A stretch of DNA of 32,210 bases from a virus, in the UHGV virus genome UHGV-0152653; one strand, given 5' to 3'. Below the pieces are notes generated by a model, which worked only from the letters and a program-made list of their open reading frames with translations, searched no databases and was not told the DNA's origin. Below, in pieces: positions 1-9,358 of the stretch; the first letter of the stretch is position 1; every line of letters starts with the position of its first letter. The position numbers and the translations under genes are program-made.

Positions 1-51
1 TATCACGCGAGGAGATTTTGAGGATGGTTGAGAGGATTGCTGGGTAGTAGA

Positions 52-77
52 TAAATTTCAGGCAACAAAAAACCCAT
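52..77. repeat. attL: attL core (left copy of 26-bp direct repeat)
   Basis: Exact 26-bp match to 32134-32159; flanking bases differ (a51 vs t32133; tta vs caa after the repeat). Confidence 0.8.
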
Positions 78-97
78 TTATGTAAACGGGTTAATGA

Positions 98-129
98 AAA
101 CAATAAGTTAGAGTAAAAACAATAAGTTG
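98..129. promoter_or_regulatory. Putative integrase arm-type binding sites (two direct copies of AAAACAATAAGTT)
   Basis: 13-bp direct repeat at 98-110 and 117-129, between the att core and the 3' end of int, where P2-type attP arm sites are expected. Confidence 0.45.
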
Positions 130-151
130 GGTTGGTGGTCAGTGGTGGTTA

Positions 152-1204
152 TTACGGGGTAATGCCAACCGCTGCCGCCACTTTGTCGCCACTTGGCAGC
201 GTTGCCAGAGGATTGAAACGGAGCGCCGTTTCCAGATGATCTGGTGCCAGATGTGCGTAACGCATAGTCATTTTTATATCGTGGTGTCCGAGAATTTTTT
301 GTAAGGCGAGAATGTTTCCACCCGACATCATGAAGTGCGCCGCAAATGTATGGCGCAGAACGTGTGTGAGTTGACCGCGAGGGAGCACGATAGACGTTTT
401 TTCCATCACGGATAAAAATTGAAAATAGCAGTCTGTAAAGAAATTGAACCCATCAAGCGCCATGATCTCTTCGTAAAGCTCTTTACTGATAGGGATGCTT
501 CTGTTTTTCTTCCCCTTCGTTCTGACAAAGGTAATTCGGTATTTGGTCACCTGTGAGCGGGTAAGATTTACGGCTTCACGCCAGCGTGCGCCTGTGCTTA
601 AGCATATCTTAACTACCAGTGCCAGAATCGGGTCCTGACGTTTACAATCAGCCAGCAATTCAACAATCTGCTCATGGGTAAGCCATGCCATCTCTTTTTC
701 TGCGATGGTGAATTTTCGCATGTTCTCCAGTGGGTTCGGATACGACCATTCGCCCAGGCGGGATAGTTCGCTAAAAACACTACTAAGATAGCTTTGCTCC
801 AGGTTAATAGTGACCGGGCTTGCTCCTTTTTTCCATTTCTCGCTGAAGTAGATCTCACCCGTCAGGCGTTTATCTCGATAGTGGGCAAACATTTTAGATG
901 TGAGATCGGTTGCAAGGGGATTGCCCAGAGCGTCAACCATCAACAGCAATTTGTCATAGACATGCTGCCCAGCGGTTAGAGCTTTACCATGTAGTTTGAA
1001 CCATAGCTCAACTACGTCTTTCAGTGTTCGACGATCCACTGATTCACCCAGCCAGGGCTTTGCTTCGGTTTCTTCCATCGTGTGGCGCTCAAAAGCCAGA
1101 GCTTCGCCTTTGGTGGCGAATTGTTTACGCACACGACGCCCACTACGTCCGGCGGGGTAACATTCGCAAAGCCATTTCCCTGTGGTGAGTTTTCGTACTG
1201 CCAT
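152..1204 (-). CDS. int: Tyrosine integrase (P2/186 family)
   Basis: ORF track 152..1360; C-terminal catalytic region with HxxR and terminal Tyr context (LRHTFAAHFMMSGGNILALQKILGHHDIKMTMRYAHL); start chosen at ATG 1204 (MAVRKLTTGKW...), preceded by GGAGGG; the in-frame upstream extension to 1360 is an alternative. Confidence 0.85.
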   Translation of the reverse strand: MAVRKLTTGKWLCECYPAGRSGRRVRKQFATKGEALAFERHTMEETEAKPWLGESVDRRTLKDVVELWFKLHGKALTAGQHVYDKLLLMVDALGNPLATDLTSKMFAHYRDKRLTGEIYFSEKWKKGASPVTINLEQSYLSSVFSELSRLGEWSYPNPLENMRKFTIAEKEMAWLTHEQIVELLADCKRQDPILALVVKICLSTGARWREAVNLTRSQVTKYRITFVRTKGKKNRSIPISKELYEEIMALDGFNFFTDCYFQFLSVMEKTSIVLPRGQLTHVLRHTFAAHFMMSGGNILALQKILGHHDIKMTMRYAHLAPDHLETALRFNPLATLPSGDKVAAAVGITP

Positions 1205-1392
1205 AAAAAATGCCCTCCAGTAGAGAGCATTTTTACTGTATGTATAACCAGTGTCAATGTATGAAATCCTACGACCATACATCTCACTGAAGCCATAATG
1301 AAGTTGGCTATTCTTTTTGCTATGTGAGCATGTAACTTTTGCGGTTAACCTGCGGCTCATTTTTATTTTAGACGCAGATATAAAAGCAAAAG

Positions 1393-1584
1393 TTATCGTG
1401 AGTTTTTAGTACAGATTTTTTTGGATTTACTAATAGTTCCATCATTGCAAACGAATTTGCCATCTGAGGTACAGTGAGAAACACCTCCCTTTTTCCCTGA
1501 GCAGGGATAATTTCTAGCATAGGTAGTTAGTGGGTTTAATAACAAAGAACATGACAAAACCACAAAAAATACCTTACCAAGCAT
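1393..1584 (-). CDS. Small secreted Cys-rich protein (63 aa) with N-terminal signal peptide; function unknown
   Basis: Strong RBS (GGGAGG) 5 nt upstream of ATG at 1584; hydrophobic N-terminus [23 protein letters not shown]; four Cys in the predicted mature 40-aa peptide; AT-rich; lies between cI and int on the lysogenic strand. Confidence 0.5.
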   Translation of the reverse strand: MLGKVFFVVLSCSLLLNPLTTYARNYPCSGKKGGVSHCTSDGKFVCNDGTISKSKKICTKNSR

Positions 1585-1599
1585 AGTTTCCTCCCGGTA

Positions 1600-2256
1600 C
1601 TATTTAACATACTTGACTGTTAAACTTATAATTTTACCAATTATTTCAATGTCTTCTATCTTGCATTCGAAGGCTCTGTTTCCACCCTCGACGAAGATTC
1701 TTCCACCGGGTAAACGAGTAATGTCACGGATCGTTATTTCGCCATCAATACTTATTACCCATTTACCATCACGTATATCATCAAATTCTTTATCACAAAT
1801 AAATTCAGAATTGTTATCTGTGATGACAAAAGGTTTTTTTAACGTAGAGGGTAGAAATTCCTTATCAAAAATATAAAAACCGTCTTTCTGCAATGCTCCA
1901 TCAGACAATAAATATTTTTCTACTTCTATAGTATTTGTATTTGCTGATGCTTGCTTTGAACCATGCCCTGTTGTTAGCCAATTAAGCGAGGTGCCCGTTT
2001 CAAGGGCGCACTGGATTACCCAATCTGCTGGAAAAATATCACGCATATAGCGCGTTGCCATGGTGCTCTTAGAAACACCTAAATGATCACAGAGAGCCTG
2101 ACGGGTACCGAACCCATATGCTTCAACTAAACGTTCTATGGCTTTCTTACCGCCGCTATTGAAATCCACAAGTCCTCCAAAGAAATCCAAAATTCGTTGA
2201 CAGATTCCAAAAGCGATCTTAAAGTTGAACCAGAAGTGTTCTTTTGGAGCCTTCAC
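1600..2256 (-). CDS. cI: CI-like immunity repressor (HTH)
   Basis: Position and orientation (divergent from apl, upstream of int); helix-turn-helix segment LGVSKSTMATRYMRD...CALETGTSLNWL; GTG start at 2256 with no clear RBS, so the start is uncertain. Confidence 0.65.
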   Translation of the reverse strand: MKAPKEHFWFNFKIAFGICQRILDFFGGLVDFNSGGKKAIERLVEAYGFGTRQALCDHLGVSKSTMATRYMRDIFPADWVIQCALETGTSLNWLTTGHGSKQASANTNTIEVEKYLLSDGALQKDGFYIFDKEFLPSTLKKPFVITDNNSEFICDKEFDDIRDGKWVISIDGEITIRDITRLPGGRIFVEGGNRAFECKIEDIEIIGKIISLTVKYVK

Positions 2257-2314
2257 TACTAATCACGACAAACAACGGCTCGCCACAAGCCATATCTAGA
2301 AGGAATGTTGCCTT

Positions 2315-2518
2315 ATGACACCTAACATTTCAATTACTCTGAATACACCACATGTCACAATCGAACGTTATAGCGAACTGACTGGCCTTTCTATTGATAC
2401 GATTAACGACATGTTGGCTGATGGCCGACTACCTCGTCATCGTCTTCGTAAAGACAAAAAACGTGAAAAGGTAATGATTAACCTGGCTGCTCTGACTGTT
2501 GATGCTTTGTCTGCTTAA
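2315..2518 (+). CDS. Apl/Cox-like excisionase and lytic-switch regulator
   Basis: First rightward gene, divergent from cI; small basic HTH protein ([28 protein letters not shown]), typical of Xis/Cox/Apl. Confidence 0.55.
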   Translation: MTPNISITLNTPHVTIERYSELTGLSIDTINDMLADGRLPRHRLRKDKKREKVMINLAALTVDALSA

Positions 2519-2582
2519 TAGACGTCTATTTTCGCAATAAGACGCTGAGTTCGATTTTGCGATAAGTTCGGAGTTGAAAACC

Positions 2583-3092
2583 ATGTTTGATTACCAAGTT
2601 TCCAAACATCCACATTTTGATGAAGCCTGTCGTGCATTTGCATTGCGCCACAACTTGGTGCAACTGGCAGAACGTGCAGGTATGAATGTGCAGATTCTGC
2701 GGAACAAGCTGAATCCAGCTCAACCTCATTTATTAACCGCACCAGAAATTTGGTTGCTTACTGATCTGACAGAAGACTCAACACTGGTAGATGGTTTTCT
2801 GGCACAGATTCACTGCCTGCCATGTGTGCCGATTAATGAGGTGGCAAAAGAGAAACTGCCACATTACGTCATGAGTGCAACCGCAGAGATCGGGCGTGTT
2901 GCTGCAGGTGCGGTATCTGGCGATGTAAAAACCAGTGCAGGTCGTCGTGATGCCATCAGCAGCATTAACTCTGTAACACGACTGATGGCGCTGGCTGCTG
3001 TTTCATTGCAGGCCCGTTTACAGGCTAACCCTGCGATGGCGAGTGCGGTTGATACCGTAACTGGCCTCGGTGCTTCATTCGGTTTGCTGTGA
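2583..3092 (+). CDS. cII: CII-like lysogeny establishment regulator (phage 186 CII family)
   Basis: About 170 aa, immediately after apl; sequence [20 protein letters not shown]...[26 protein letters not shown] recalled as 186 CII-like; start set at the MFDY ATG. Confidence 0.6.
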   Translation: MFDYQVSKHPHFDEACRAFALRHNLVQLAERAGMNVQILRNKLNPAQPHLLTAPEIWLLTDLTEDSTLVDGFLAQIHCLPCVPINEVAKEKLPHYVMSATAEIGRVAAGAVSGDVKTSAGRRDAISSINSVTRLMALAAVSLQARLQANPAMASAVDTVTGLGASFGLL

Positions 3093-3099
3093 GGTGCTT

Positions 3100-3396
3100 A
3101 TGCTGTCGAAAGAACCATCATTTGCATCGCTGCTGGTAAAACAAAGCCCGGCAATGCACTACGGTCACGGCTGGATCACGGGTGAGGATGGAAAACGCTG
3201 GCATCCATGTCATTCACAAGATGAATTGCTGTCTGAATTGACCACGAGGAAACGGAGAAAGTCCAAATGTATGCGGCAGAAAGTGAAATGGTTTATCAGT
3301 TTCGTTACAGAGGGGAGAGTTATTCAGTACCTGAAGATGATTTGCTCTGTTGCTATCCGTCATTGTCGGGCGATGGCAGTTACTTTTTCACGTTAA
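3100..3396 (+). CDS. Hypothetical early protein (start of the 186 fil/dhr-equivalent region); 3' end uncertain
   Basis: ATG at 3100 with GAGGTG RBS; first ~50 aa look protein-like, the C-terminal third looks low-complexity and overlaps the next ORF in another frame. Confidence 0.35.
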   Translation: MLSKEPSFASLLVKQSPAMHYGHGWITGEDGKRWHPCHSQDELLSELTTRKRRKSKCMRQKVKWFISFVTEGRVIQYLKMICSVAIRHCRAMAVTFSR

Positions 3397-3491
3397 AGGA
3401 TGGGACGTTTTTACGGGGAGAGCAGGTTAAAGAGACGATACGAAAAAATGTATCTCCTCTTGAGCGTTACCGTAAGAACAAAGAACGATAG
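3267..3491 (+). CDS. Hypothetical early protein (74 aa)
   Basis: ATG with GGAGA RBS about 9 nt upstream; protein-like composition throughout. Confidence 0.5.
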   Translation: MYAAESEMVYQFRYRGESYSVPEDDLLCCYPSLSGDGSYFFTLKDGTFLRGEQVKETIRKNVSPLERYRKNKER

Positions 3492-3513
3492 CTGCGTTTG
3501 GGGGATATGAAGT

Positions 3514-3855
3514 ATGGCAATTAATGGCGCTGCAGCAACTGTTCCATTAAGCCCCGGTGAACGCCTGAATGGACTTAATCACATTGCGGAGTTAAGGGCG
3601 AAAGTTTTTGGCCTGAATATTGAGTCAGAGCTTGAGCGGTTTATTAAAGATATGCGTGATCCACGGGATATCAATAATGAACAAAATAAACGGGCACTGG
3701 CTGCCATATTCTTTATGGCAAAAATTCCAGCTGAACGTCATAGCATCAGCATTAATGAGCTGACCACTGACGAAAAGCGGGAGCTGATTAAAGCAATGAA
3801 TCATTTTCGTGCAGTGGTGAGCTTATTTCCCAGACGGCTAACCATGCCGAATTAA
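3514..3855 (+). CDS. Hypothetical early protein (113 aa)
   Basis: ORF in the early rightward operon; no recognised motif. Confidence 0.5.
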   Translation: MAINGAAATVPLSPGERLNGLNHIAELRAKVFGLNIESELERFIKDMRDPRDINNEQNKRALAAIFFMAKIPAERHSISINELTTDEKRELIKAMNHFRAVVSLFPRRLTMPN

Positions 3856-3922
3856 CCAACTAATGAAATTAATGGCGTAAACCCGCCGGGCATCCCTTTA
3901 TCTAAATTCAGGAGAATTGATT

Positions 3923-4156
3923 ATGCGTAATATTGATACCCTCACGACTAAAACCGGACCGGATGACGCAGGGCTTAATATTTTACTGACAGAGGCTCGT
4001 CTGGAAGAACGCCGGGCAAGGGCTGAAGCAATGGCAGCTCGCCTTGATCGCCTGGCGTGTCATATCACATCCCGCCAGTTAAACCACGTCGAAGCGGCAG
4101 AACTGCTGCGTGTGACTGCTGAAGCAATCCAGAACGAAGCGCAGGAGATCCACTGA
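3923..4156 (+). CDS. Hypothetical early protein (77 aa)
   Basis: ATG at 3923 with GGAGA RBS at 3911-3915; stop overlaps the start of the next gene. Confidence 0.5.
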   Translation: MRNIDTLTTKTGPDDAGLNILLTEARLEERRARAEAMAARLDRLACHITSRQLNHVEAAELLRVTAEAIQNEAQEIH

Positions 4157-4383
4157 TGGCTGATGCAATGGATCTCGTCCAGCAGCGCGTTGAAGAAGAA
4201 CGCCAACGTCATATCCGTGCTGCCCGTGCCAAAACGCCGGGCGTGTCCCGCGTGCTTTGCGTTGAGTGTGAAGCGCCAATTCCGCCAGCACGCCGTCGTG
4301 CCATTCCGGGTGTGCAGCTTTGCATTACCTGTCAGGAAATCGCAGAGCTGAAAGGCAAACATTACAACGGAGGTGCTGTATGA
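4156..4383 (+). CDS. TraR/DksA-family C4 zinc-finger protein
   Basis: CVECEAPIPPARRRAIPGVQLCITCQ four-Cys motif typical of the TraR/DksA family; common in P2-like early operons. Confidence 0.7.
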   Translation: MADAMDLVQQRVEEERQRHIRAARAKTPGVSRVLCVECEAPIPPARRRAIPGVQLCITCQEIAELKGKHYNGGAV

Positions 4384-5237
4384 GCACCATCCTGAAATGG
4401 GCGGGAAATAAAACCGCCATAATGTCCGAACTGAAAAAGCATCTTCCTGCTGGCCCGCGACTGGTTGAACCTTTCGCGGGTTCCTGTGCAGTGATGATGG
4501 AGACGGATTACCCCAGCTATCTTGTTGCGGATATTAATCCTGATTTAATCAACCTCTATAAAAAGGTTGCTGCTGATTGTGAGGCGTTTATATCTCGTGC
4601 CAGAGCTTTATTTGAGGAAGCAAACAGGGAGGTGGCTTATTACAACATAAGGCAGGAGTTTAATTACTCCACTGAAATTACTGATTTCATGAAAGCGGTA
4701 TATTTTCTGTATCTCAATCGTCATGGTTACCGTGGGTTATGTCGCTATAACAAGAGCGGGTATTTCAACATTCCCTACGGTAATTATAAAAATCCGTATT
4801 TCCCTGAAAAAGAAATTCGCGCATTTGCAGAGAAAGCCCAGCGGGCAACGTTTATCTGCGCCAGCTTTGATGAAACGCTGGCGATGTTGAAGGCGGGGGA
4901 TGTGGTGTATTGCGATCCGCCGTATGACGGTACGTTTTCCGGCTATCACACTGATGGTTTCACTGAAGATGACCAGTATCACCTGGCATCCGTTCTTGAA
5001 CATCGGTCATCAGAAGGACATCCGGTCATTGTTTCTAACAGTGACACATCCCTGATCCGTTCGCTGTATCGCAATTTTACTCACCACTACATCAAGGCAA
5101 AACGCAGCATCGGTGTGGCAGCTGGTGATAGTAAATCTGCAACAGAAATCATTGCTGTTTCCGGGGCGCGCTGCTGGGTGGGATTTGATCCTTCGCGTGG
5201 CGTAGATAGTTCTGCTGTGTACGAGGTGCGTGTATGA
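4380..5237 (+). CDS. dam: DNA N6-adenine methyltransferase (Dam-like)
   Basis: Motif [10 protein letters not shown] and motif IV DPPY ([10 protein letters not shown]); GGAGGTG RBS before ATG 4380; stop overlaps the gpA start (ATGA). Confidence 0.8.
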   Translation: MSTILKWAGNKTAIMSELKKHLPAGPRLVEPFAGSCAVMMETDYPSYLVADINPDLINLYKKVAADCEAFISRARALFEEANREVAYYNIRQEFNYSTEITDFMKAVYFLYLNRHGYRGLCRYNKSGYFNIPYGNYKNPYFPEKEIRAFAEKAQRATFICASFDETLAMLKAGDVVYCDPPYDGTFSGYHTDGFTEDDQYHLASVLEHRSSEGHPVIVSNSDTSLIRSLYRNFTHHYIKAKRSIGVAAGDSKSATEIIAVSGARCWVGFDPSRGVDSSAVYEVRV

Positions 5238-7618
5238 GTCATGACGATATGAGCAACTCTAGCGGCTTTAACGAGGCCGCTGCATCATTTTCATGGAACG
5301 GCCCGAAAAAGGCCATTAACCCTTATCTGGACCCGGCGGAATTTGCGCCGGAGTCTGCACTTTCAAACCTGATCACTCTGTATGCTGCCGATAACGAGCA
5401 GGAACAACTGCGCCGCGAGGCACTGAGTGAGCAGGTCTGGGAGCGTTATTTCTTTAATGAATCCCGTGATCCTGTCCAGCGCGAAATGGAGCAGGATAAG
5501 CTCATTAGCCGGGCAAAGCTGGCGCATGAGCAGCAGCGTTTTAATCCAGACATGGTCATTCTGGCTGACGTCAACGCCCAGCCTTCCCATATCAGCAAGC
5601 CGCTGATGCAACGTATTGAATACTTCAGCAGTCTGGGCAGGCCAAAGGCTTATTCCCGCTATTTGCGTGAGACGATTAAGCCATGTCTGGAAAGACTGGA
5701 GCATGTACGCGACAGTCAGCTATCCACTTCTTTTCGCTTTATGGCAAGCCATGAAGGGCTGGACGGCCTGCTGATCCTGCCTGAAATGAGTCAGGATCAG
5801 GTAAAACGCCTGTCCACCCTGGTAGCAGCGCATATGAGCATGTGTCTTGAGGTCGCTTGTGGTGATTTGTATGCCACCGATGACGTTAAGCCAGAAGAAA
5901 TCCGCAAGACATGGGAAAAGGTGGCGGCGGAAACCCTGCGACTGGATGTCATACCGCCTGCGTTTGAGCAACTCCGCAGGAAAAGAAACCGCCGTAAACC
6001 CGTGCCCTATGAACTTATTCCGGGTTCGCTGGCGCGTATGTTGTGCGCCGACTGGTGGTATCGGAAATTATGGAAGATGCGTAGCGAATGGCGGGAAGAG
6101 CAGTTGCGTGCTGTTTGCCTGGTCAGCAAAAAAGCATCTCCCTATGTCAGCTATGAAGCCGTGATGCATAAACGTGAGCAGCGCCGTAAGTCGCTGGAGT
6201 TTTTCCGTTCTCATGAACTGGTGAACGAAGACGGCGACACGCTGGATATGGAAGACGTGGTAAACGCCAGCAGCAGCAACCCTGCGCATCGCCGCAATGA
6301 GATGATGGCCTGTGTTAAAGGTCTGGAGCTTATCGCGGAAATGCGCGGTGACTGCGCCGTTTTCTACACCATCACCTGTCCGTCACGTTTCCATTCCACG
6401 CTAAATAACGGCAGGCCAAACCCGACCTGGACCAACGCGACAGTAAGACAAAGCAGCGATTATCTGGTCGGCATGTTTGCTGCATTTCGTAAGGCTATGC
6501 ACAAAGCCGGGTTGCGCTGGTATGGCGTGCGGGTGGCTGAGCCGCATCATGACGGCACAGTTCACTGGCACCTGTTGTGTTTCATGCGCAAAAAAGACCG
6601 CCGCGCCATTACTGCATTGTTGCGTAAGTTTGCCATCCGTGAAGACCGCGAGGAGCTGGGCAATAACACGGGGCCACGCTTTAAGTCTGAGCTGATAAAC
6701 CCGCGCAAAGGAACGCCGACAAGCTACATTGCGAAATATATCAGTAAGAATATTGACGGGCGTGGTCTGGCTGGCGAGATCAGTAAGGAAACGGGTAAAT
6801 CCCTGCGTGATAACGCTGAATACGTTAATGCCTGGGCGTCTCTGCATCGTGTTCAGCAATTCCGCTTCTTTGGCATTCCGGGGCGTCAGGCTTACCGTGA
6901 ACTGCGATTGCTGGCTGGTCAGGCGGCAAGGCAACAGGGGGACAAAAAAGCAGGTGCGCCGGTACTGGATAACCCGCGCCTTGATGCAATCCTGGCTGCT
7001 GCTGATGCTGGTTGTTTTGCCACTTACATCATGAAGCAGGGCGGCGTACTGGTTCCCCGCAAATATCACCTCATCAGAACTGCTTATGAAATTAACGAAG
7101 AGCCGACCGCCTATGGCGATCACGGCATTCGTATTTATGGCATCTGGTCACCCATTGCAGAGGGCAAGATCTGCACTCATGCAGTGAAGTGGAAAATGGT
7201 TCGTAAAGCCGTTGACGTTCAGGAGGCGGTAGCCGACCAGGGCGCTTGCGCCCCTTGGACTCGTGGCAATAACTGTCCCCCTGTTGAAAATTTGAACCAA
7301 TCAGGGGGCGATTTACCAGAAGCCAGTGGGCCGGAGTCGCTGCCGGATCTTCATAATCTGAGCGCGAAGGAACGACGGGAGCTGACGGCGCGGCTGAGAT
7401 TGGTAAAACCTAAGCGGCGGAAAGGGTACAAACAGCAGATTAGCAATCATCAGCGCCAGCAGCTTGATGCTGAACTGAGGTCTAGGGGGTTCGATGCGAG
7501 TGATACCGAGGTGGATCTGCTTTTGCGTGGTGGCAGTATCCCGTCCGGGGCCGGGCTGCGTTTGTTCTATCGAAACCAGCGCCTGCAGGAAGATGATAAA
7601 TGGCGGCAGTGGTACTAA
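5234..7618 (+). CDS. A: Replication initiation endonuclease gpA (rolling-circle, HUH)
   Basis: 794 aa; HUH motif in [10 protein letters not shown] and paired-Tyr motif YIAKYISK; position as in P2/186. Confidence 0.85.
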   Translation: MSHDDMSNSSGFNEAAASFSWNGPKKAINPYLDPAEFAPESALSNLITLYAADNEQEQLRREALSEQVWERYFFNESRDPVQREMEQDKLISRAKLAHEQQRFNPDMVILADVNAQPSHISKPLMQRIEYFSSLGRPKAYSRYLRETIKPCLERLEHVRDSQLSTSFRFMASHEGLDGLLILPEMSQDQVKRLSTLVAAHMSMCLEVACGDLYATDDVKPEEIRKTWEKVAAETLRLDVIPPAFEQLRRKRNRRKPVPYELIPGSLARMLCADWWYRKLWKMRSEWREEQLRAVCLVSKKASPYVSYEAVMHKREQRRKSLEFFRSHELVNEDGDTLDMEDVVNASSSNPAHRRNEMMACVKGLELIAEMRGDCAVFYTITCPSRFHSTLNNGRPNPTWTNATVRQSSDYLVGMFAAFRKAMHKAGLRWYGVRVAEPHHDGTVHWHLLCFMRKKDRRAITALLRKFAIREDREELGNNTGPRFKSELINPRKGTPTSYIAKYISKNIDGRGLAGEISKETGKSLRDNAEYVNAWASLHRVQQFRFFGIPGRQAYRELRLLAGQAARQQGDKKAGAPVLDNPRLDAILAAADAGCFATYIMKQGGVLVPRKYHLIRTAYEINEEPTAYGDHGIRIYGIWSPIAEGKICTHAVKWKMVRKAVDVQEAVADQGACAPWTRGNNCPPVENLNQSGGDLPEASGPESLPDLHNLSAKERRELTARLRLVKPKRRKGYKQQISNHQRQQLDAELRSRGFDASDTEVDLLLRGGSIPSGAGLRLFYRNQRLQEDDKWRQWY

Positions 7619-7652
7619 TGTGAGAGTATTTTATATTCATATTCAAAAATGC

Positions 7653-7682
7653 CAGCCTAACAAATCAGGCTGACATTTTTTT
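7653..7682. terminator. Bidirectional rho-independent terminator between gpA and the convergent two-gene cargo operon
   Basis: Stem CAGCCT (7653-7658) and AGGCTG (7667-7672) with 8-nt loop, flanked by AAAAA upstream and TTTTTTT downstream. Confidence 0.55.
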
Positions 7683-7689
7683 ACTTACT

Positions 7690-8148
7690 CTATTTAGTTT
7701 TTTCAATCATAGTGCTTTCGGCTTTTGAATATACACTATTAATAGTGGTGATTTTTGTAGTTAATGCTATACAAACTAGACTCAGAAGTAAGACACCAAT
7801 TGATATTGTATTGTTGCTGAGTATTATATGTAGACAAATAGAATAAATTGCAACGATGACTATTGCTACGAAAACAAAGATTGCCATTAAATTATGTGCT
7901 TTGATGTAGTCCTCAGGGGTTAATATGTAGCTTATGTTTATGATTATAAATAAAATTAAAAATGCTCCCCCAATCCATTTGGGTAGGGCTGTTTCTTTTT
8001 TTGATACTGCAGGTGTGGTTCTTGGGATCGATTCTACGAAGGATTTAAGATTTCCCATGTCAGTATTGTTTAATGCTGCACTTTCTGCTTCGAATTTTGA
8101 AACAGTGCCATCAGGAAGGGTTGTAGTCCAGCTTATTTTTCCTGTCAT
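7690..8148 (-). CDS. Small membrane protein (152 aa, three predicted TM helices); candidate effector of a two-gene cargo system
   Basis: N-terminal ~55 aa hydrophilic, then three hydrophobic segments (WIGGAFLILFIIINISYIL, LMAIFVFVAIVIVAIYSICLHIIL, ISIGVLLLSLVCIALTT); ATG overlaps the stop of the upstream gene (ATGA); AT-rich by eye. Confidence 0.55.
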   Translation of the reverse strand: MTGKISWTTTLPDGTVSKFEAESAALNNTDMGNLKSFVESIPRTTPAVSKKETALPKWIGGAFLILFIIINISYILTPEDYIKAHNLMAIFVFVAIVIVAIYSICLHIILSNNTISIGVLLLSLVCIALTTKITTINSVYSKAESTMIEKTK

Positions 8149-8519
8149 ACAACATCCCTTATTCTGAATATTCTATTAAAATCAATATCAACAGCAGAGT
8201 TCGACCACTCACTCTTTTGATTATCTTTAATTAGAATTGCTTTGTTCTCGTCAAAGATTATATTTGTACCACTAAACTCAATATGAGATAGGTCTCCTCT
8301 AAATATTTTTTGCTCAACGCTTTTGAATGCATCTTTTAATGATGCACACTCTTTTCTGAATAATGGTTTGGGGCTGTAAGTCCCTAAGTTTATAACTATT
8401 ACGCCACTACCATCTTTAGCAGGGTGAATGGAGAAAGATAGCGCTAATCCGTGATAGTGGGATTGTATTTTCTTCATTAATTTACGAACGTAATCATCAT
8501 ACCGCTTTCTATATATCAT
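8145..8519 (-). CDS. Hypothetical soluble protein (124 aa); upstream partner of the membrane protein
   Basis: ORF with 4-bp overlap onto the downstream gene; no recognisable motif; AT-rich; weak RBS, so the start is uncertain. Confidence 0.5.
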   Translation of the reverse strand: MIYRKRYDDYVRKLMKKIQSHYHGLALSFSIHPAKDGSGVIVINLGTYSPKPLFRKECASLKDAFKSVEQKIFRGDLSHIEFSGTNIIFDENKAILIKDNQKSEWSNSAVDIDFNRIFRIRDVV

Positions 8520-8683
8520 TTTTTTCTTAATGGTTAGTTGTTTTTCGTATATTACAATACTAATAAATATATTGTCGATTCAAATAAAACGTTGTAGCCA
8601 AGCGGAAGAATTTTAGTTTACGGATGGTTGTTTTTTGATCTCCATAGCCGAAGGCAATCTGAACTATAGTGATCATAAAAGTG

Positions 8684-8727
8684 TTTACATTCATGGAACT
8701 ACGCATATACTGTATATGTGTACAGTG
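8684..8727 (+). promoter_or_regulatory. SOS-regulated promoter with LexA operator
   Basis: -35 TTTACA (8684-8689), 16-nt spacer, -10 TATACT (8706-8711); LexA box TACTGTATATGTGTACAGTG (8708-8727), CTGT-N8-ACAG and 17/20 to consensus, overlapping the -10. Confidence 0.7.
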
Positions 8728-8757
8728 CTTTCTGTGTGTTTGGTGATAGGAGGGAAG

Positions 8758-8946
8758 ATGCAAGACTATTTTTTGGAGTCGTTGAAGCTCCAGCGCATTG
8801 ATTTTTTTGTCAAGCTTGTGGCGGCTAGTGAGTGTGATGATGAAGAGAAGCGACTGGCTATCCAGTGGGTTTCTGAGTTAACGGATGAGCTGATGGCAAA
8901 GATTCGTGCTCATGAATACAACCGCTCAATGGATCTTCCCAGTTAA
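8758..8946 (+). CDS. Hypothetical SOS-controlled protein (62 aa); candidate antirepressor module (positional equivalent of 186 tum)
   Basis: First ATG downstream of the LexA-box promoter with AGGAGGG RBS; acidic small protein; function assigned by position only. Confidence 0.45.
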   Translation: MQDYFLESLKLQRIDFFVKLVAASECDDEEKRLAIQWVSELTDELMAKIRAHEYNRSMDLPS

Positions 8947-9024
8947 CAGCAGGAACGTTGCTGGCGTGAGAACTAGCTTCTTACGTCAGCAAGGTTAAAC
9001 AACGAGTACAACGAGGCGTTAGCC

Positions 9025-9291
9025 ATGGGTAAATCCAACAGCAAATTCCAGACCGTTTATGAGGGGCAGGCGCTTGAACGTGACGAACTTGGCGGATGGG
9101 TTTTGTTTCAGCGTCGTGTAGAGTATGGCGGCAAGTACTGGATGGGAATAACCATGGATGATGTGTTTTTGTTTGGCTCCGATCATCCTGTATCAGGTAG
9201 TGAGGCGATGGTCTTCATCATTGATTATGAGGGCGAGCAGCTCAGACGGTCTTTACCCGTTGGATACACCCCACAAATGCCGCTTTTCTGA
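9025..9291 (+). CDS. Hypothetical SOS-controlled protein (88 aa)
   Basis: Second ORF of the same transcription unit, followed by a terminator at 9359-9384. Confidence 0.45.
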   Translation: MGKSNSKFQTVYEGQALERDELGGWVLFQRRVEYGGKYWMGITMDDVFLFGSDHPVSGSEAMVFIIDYEGEQLRRSLPVGYTPQMPLF

Positions 9292-9358
9292 CAACCGGCT
9301 GGGTGCATGTCTATGCTGCATGAGATCGCATGATCGTTTGAGGATCGTTTTCGCTGAG

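Noticed and set aside
613-1296. Short ORFs on both strands inside the integrase gene (613-858, 794-979, 1021-1296, 1082-1264)
   Set aside because: All are embedded in the integrase coding region in alternative frames, with no independent support.
1205-1360. N-terminal extension of the integrase ORF to the ATG at 1360
   Set aside because: The extension adds 52 residues not expected for P2/186 integrases, whereas the ATG at 1204 has a GGAGGG RBS and gives the expected N-terminus; the longer form is kept only as an alternative.
1600-2256. Possibility that the repressor is a LexA-like self-cleaving (S24 peptidase) CI
   Set aside because: I see no convincing Ser/Lys catalytic dyad motifs (no GDSM-like element) in the C-terminal half, and the element carries a separate LexA-controlled module, which fits 186-type antirepressor induction. 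Not fully excluded without a profile search.
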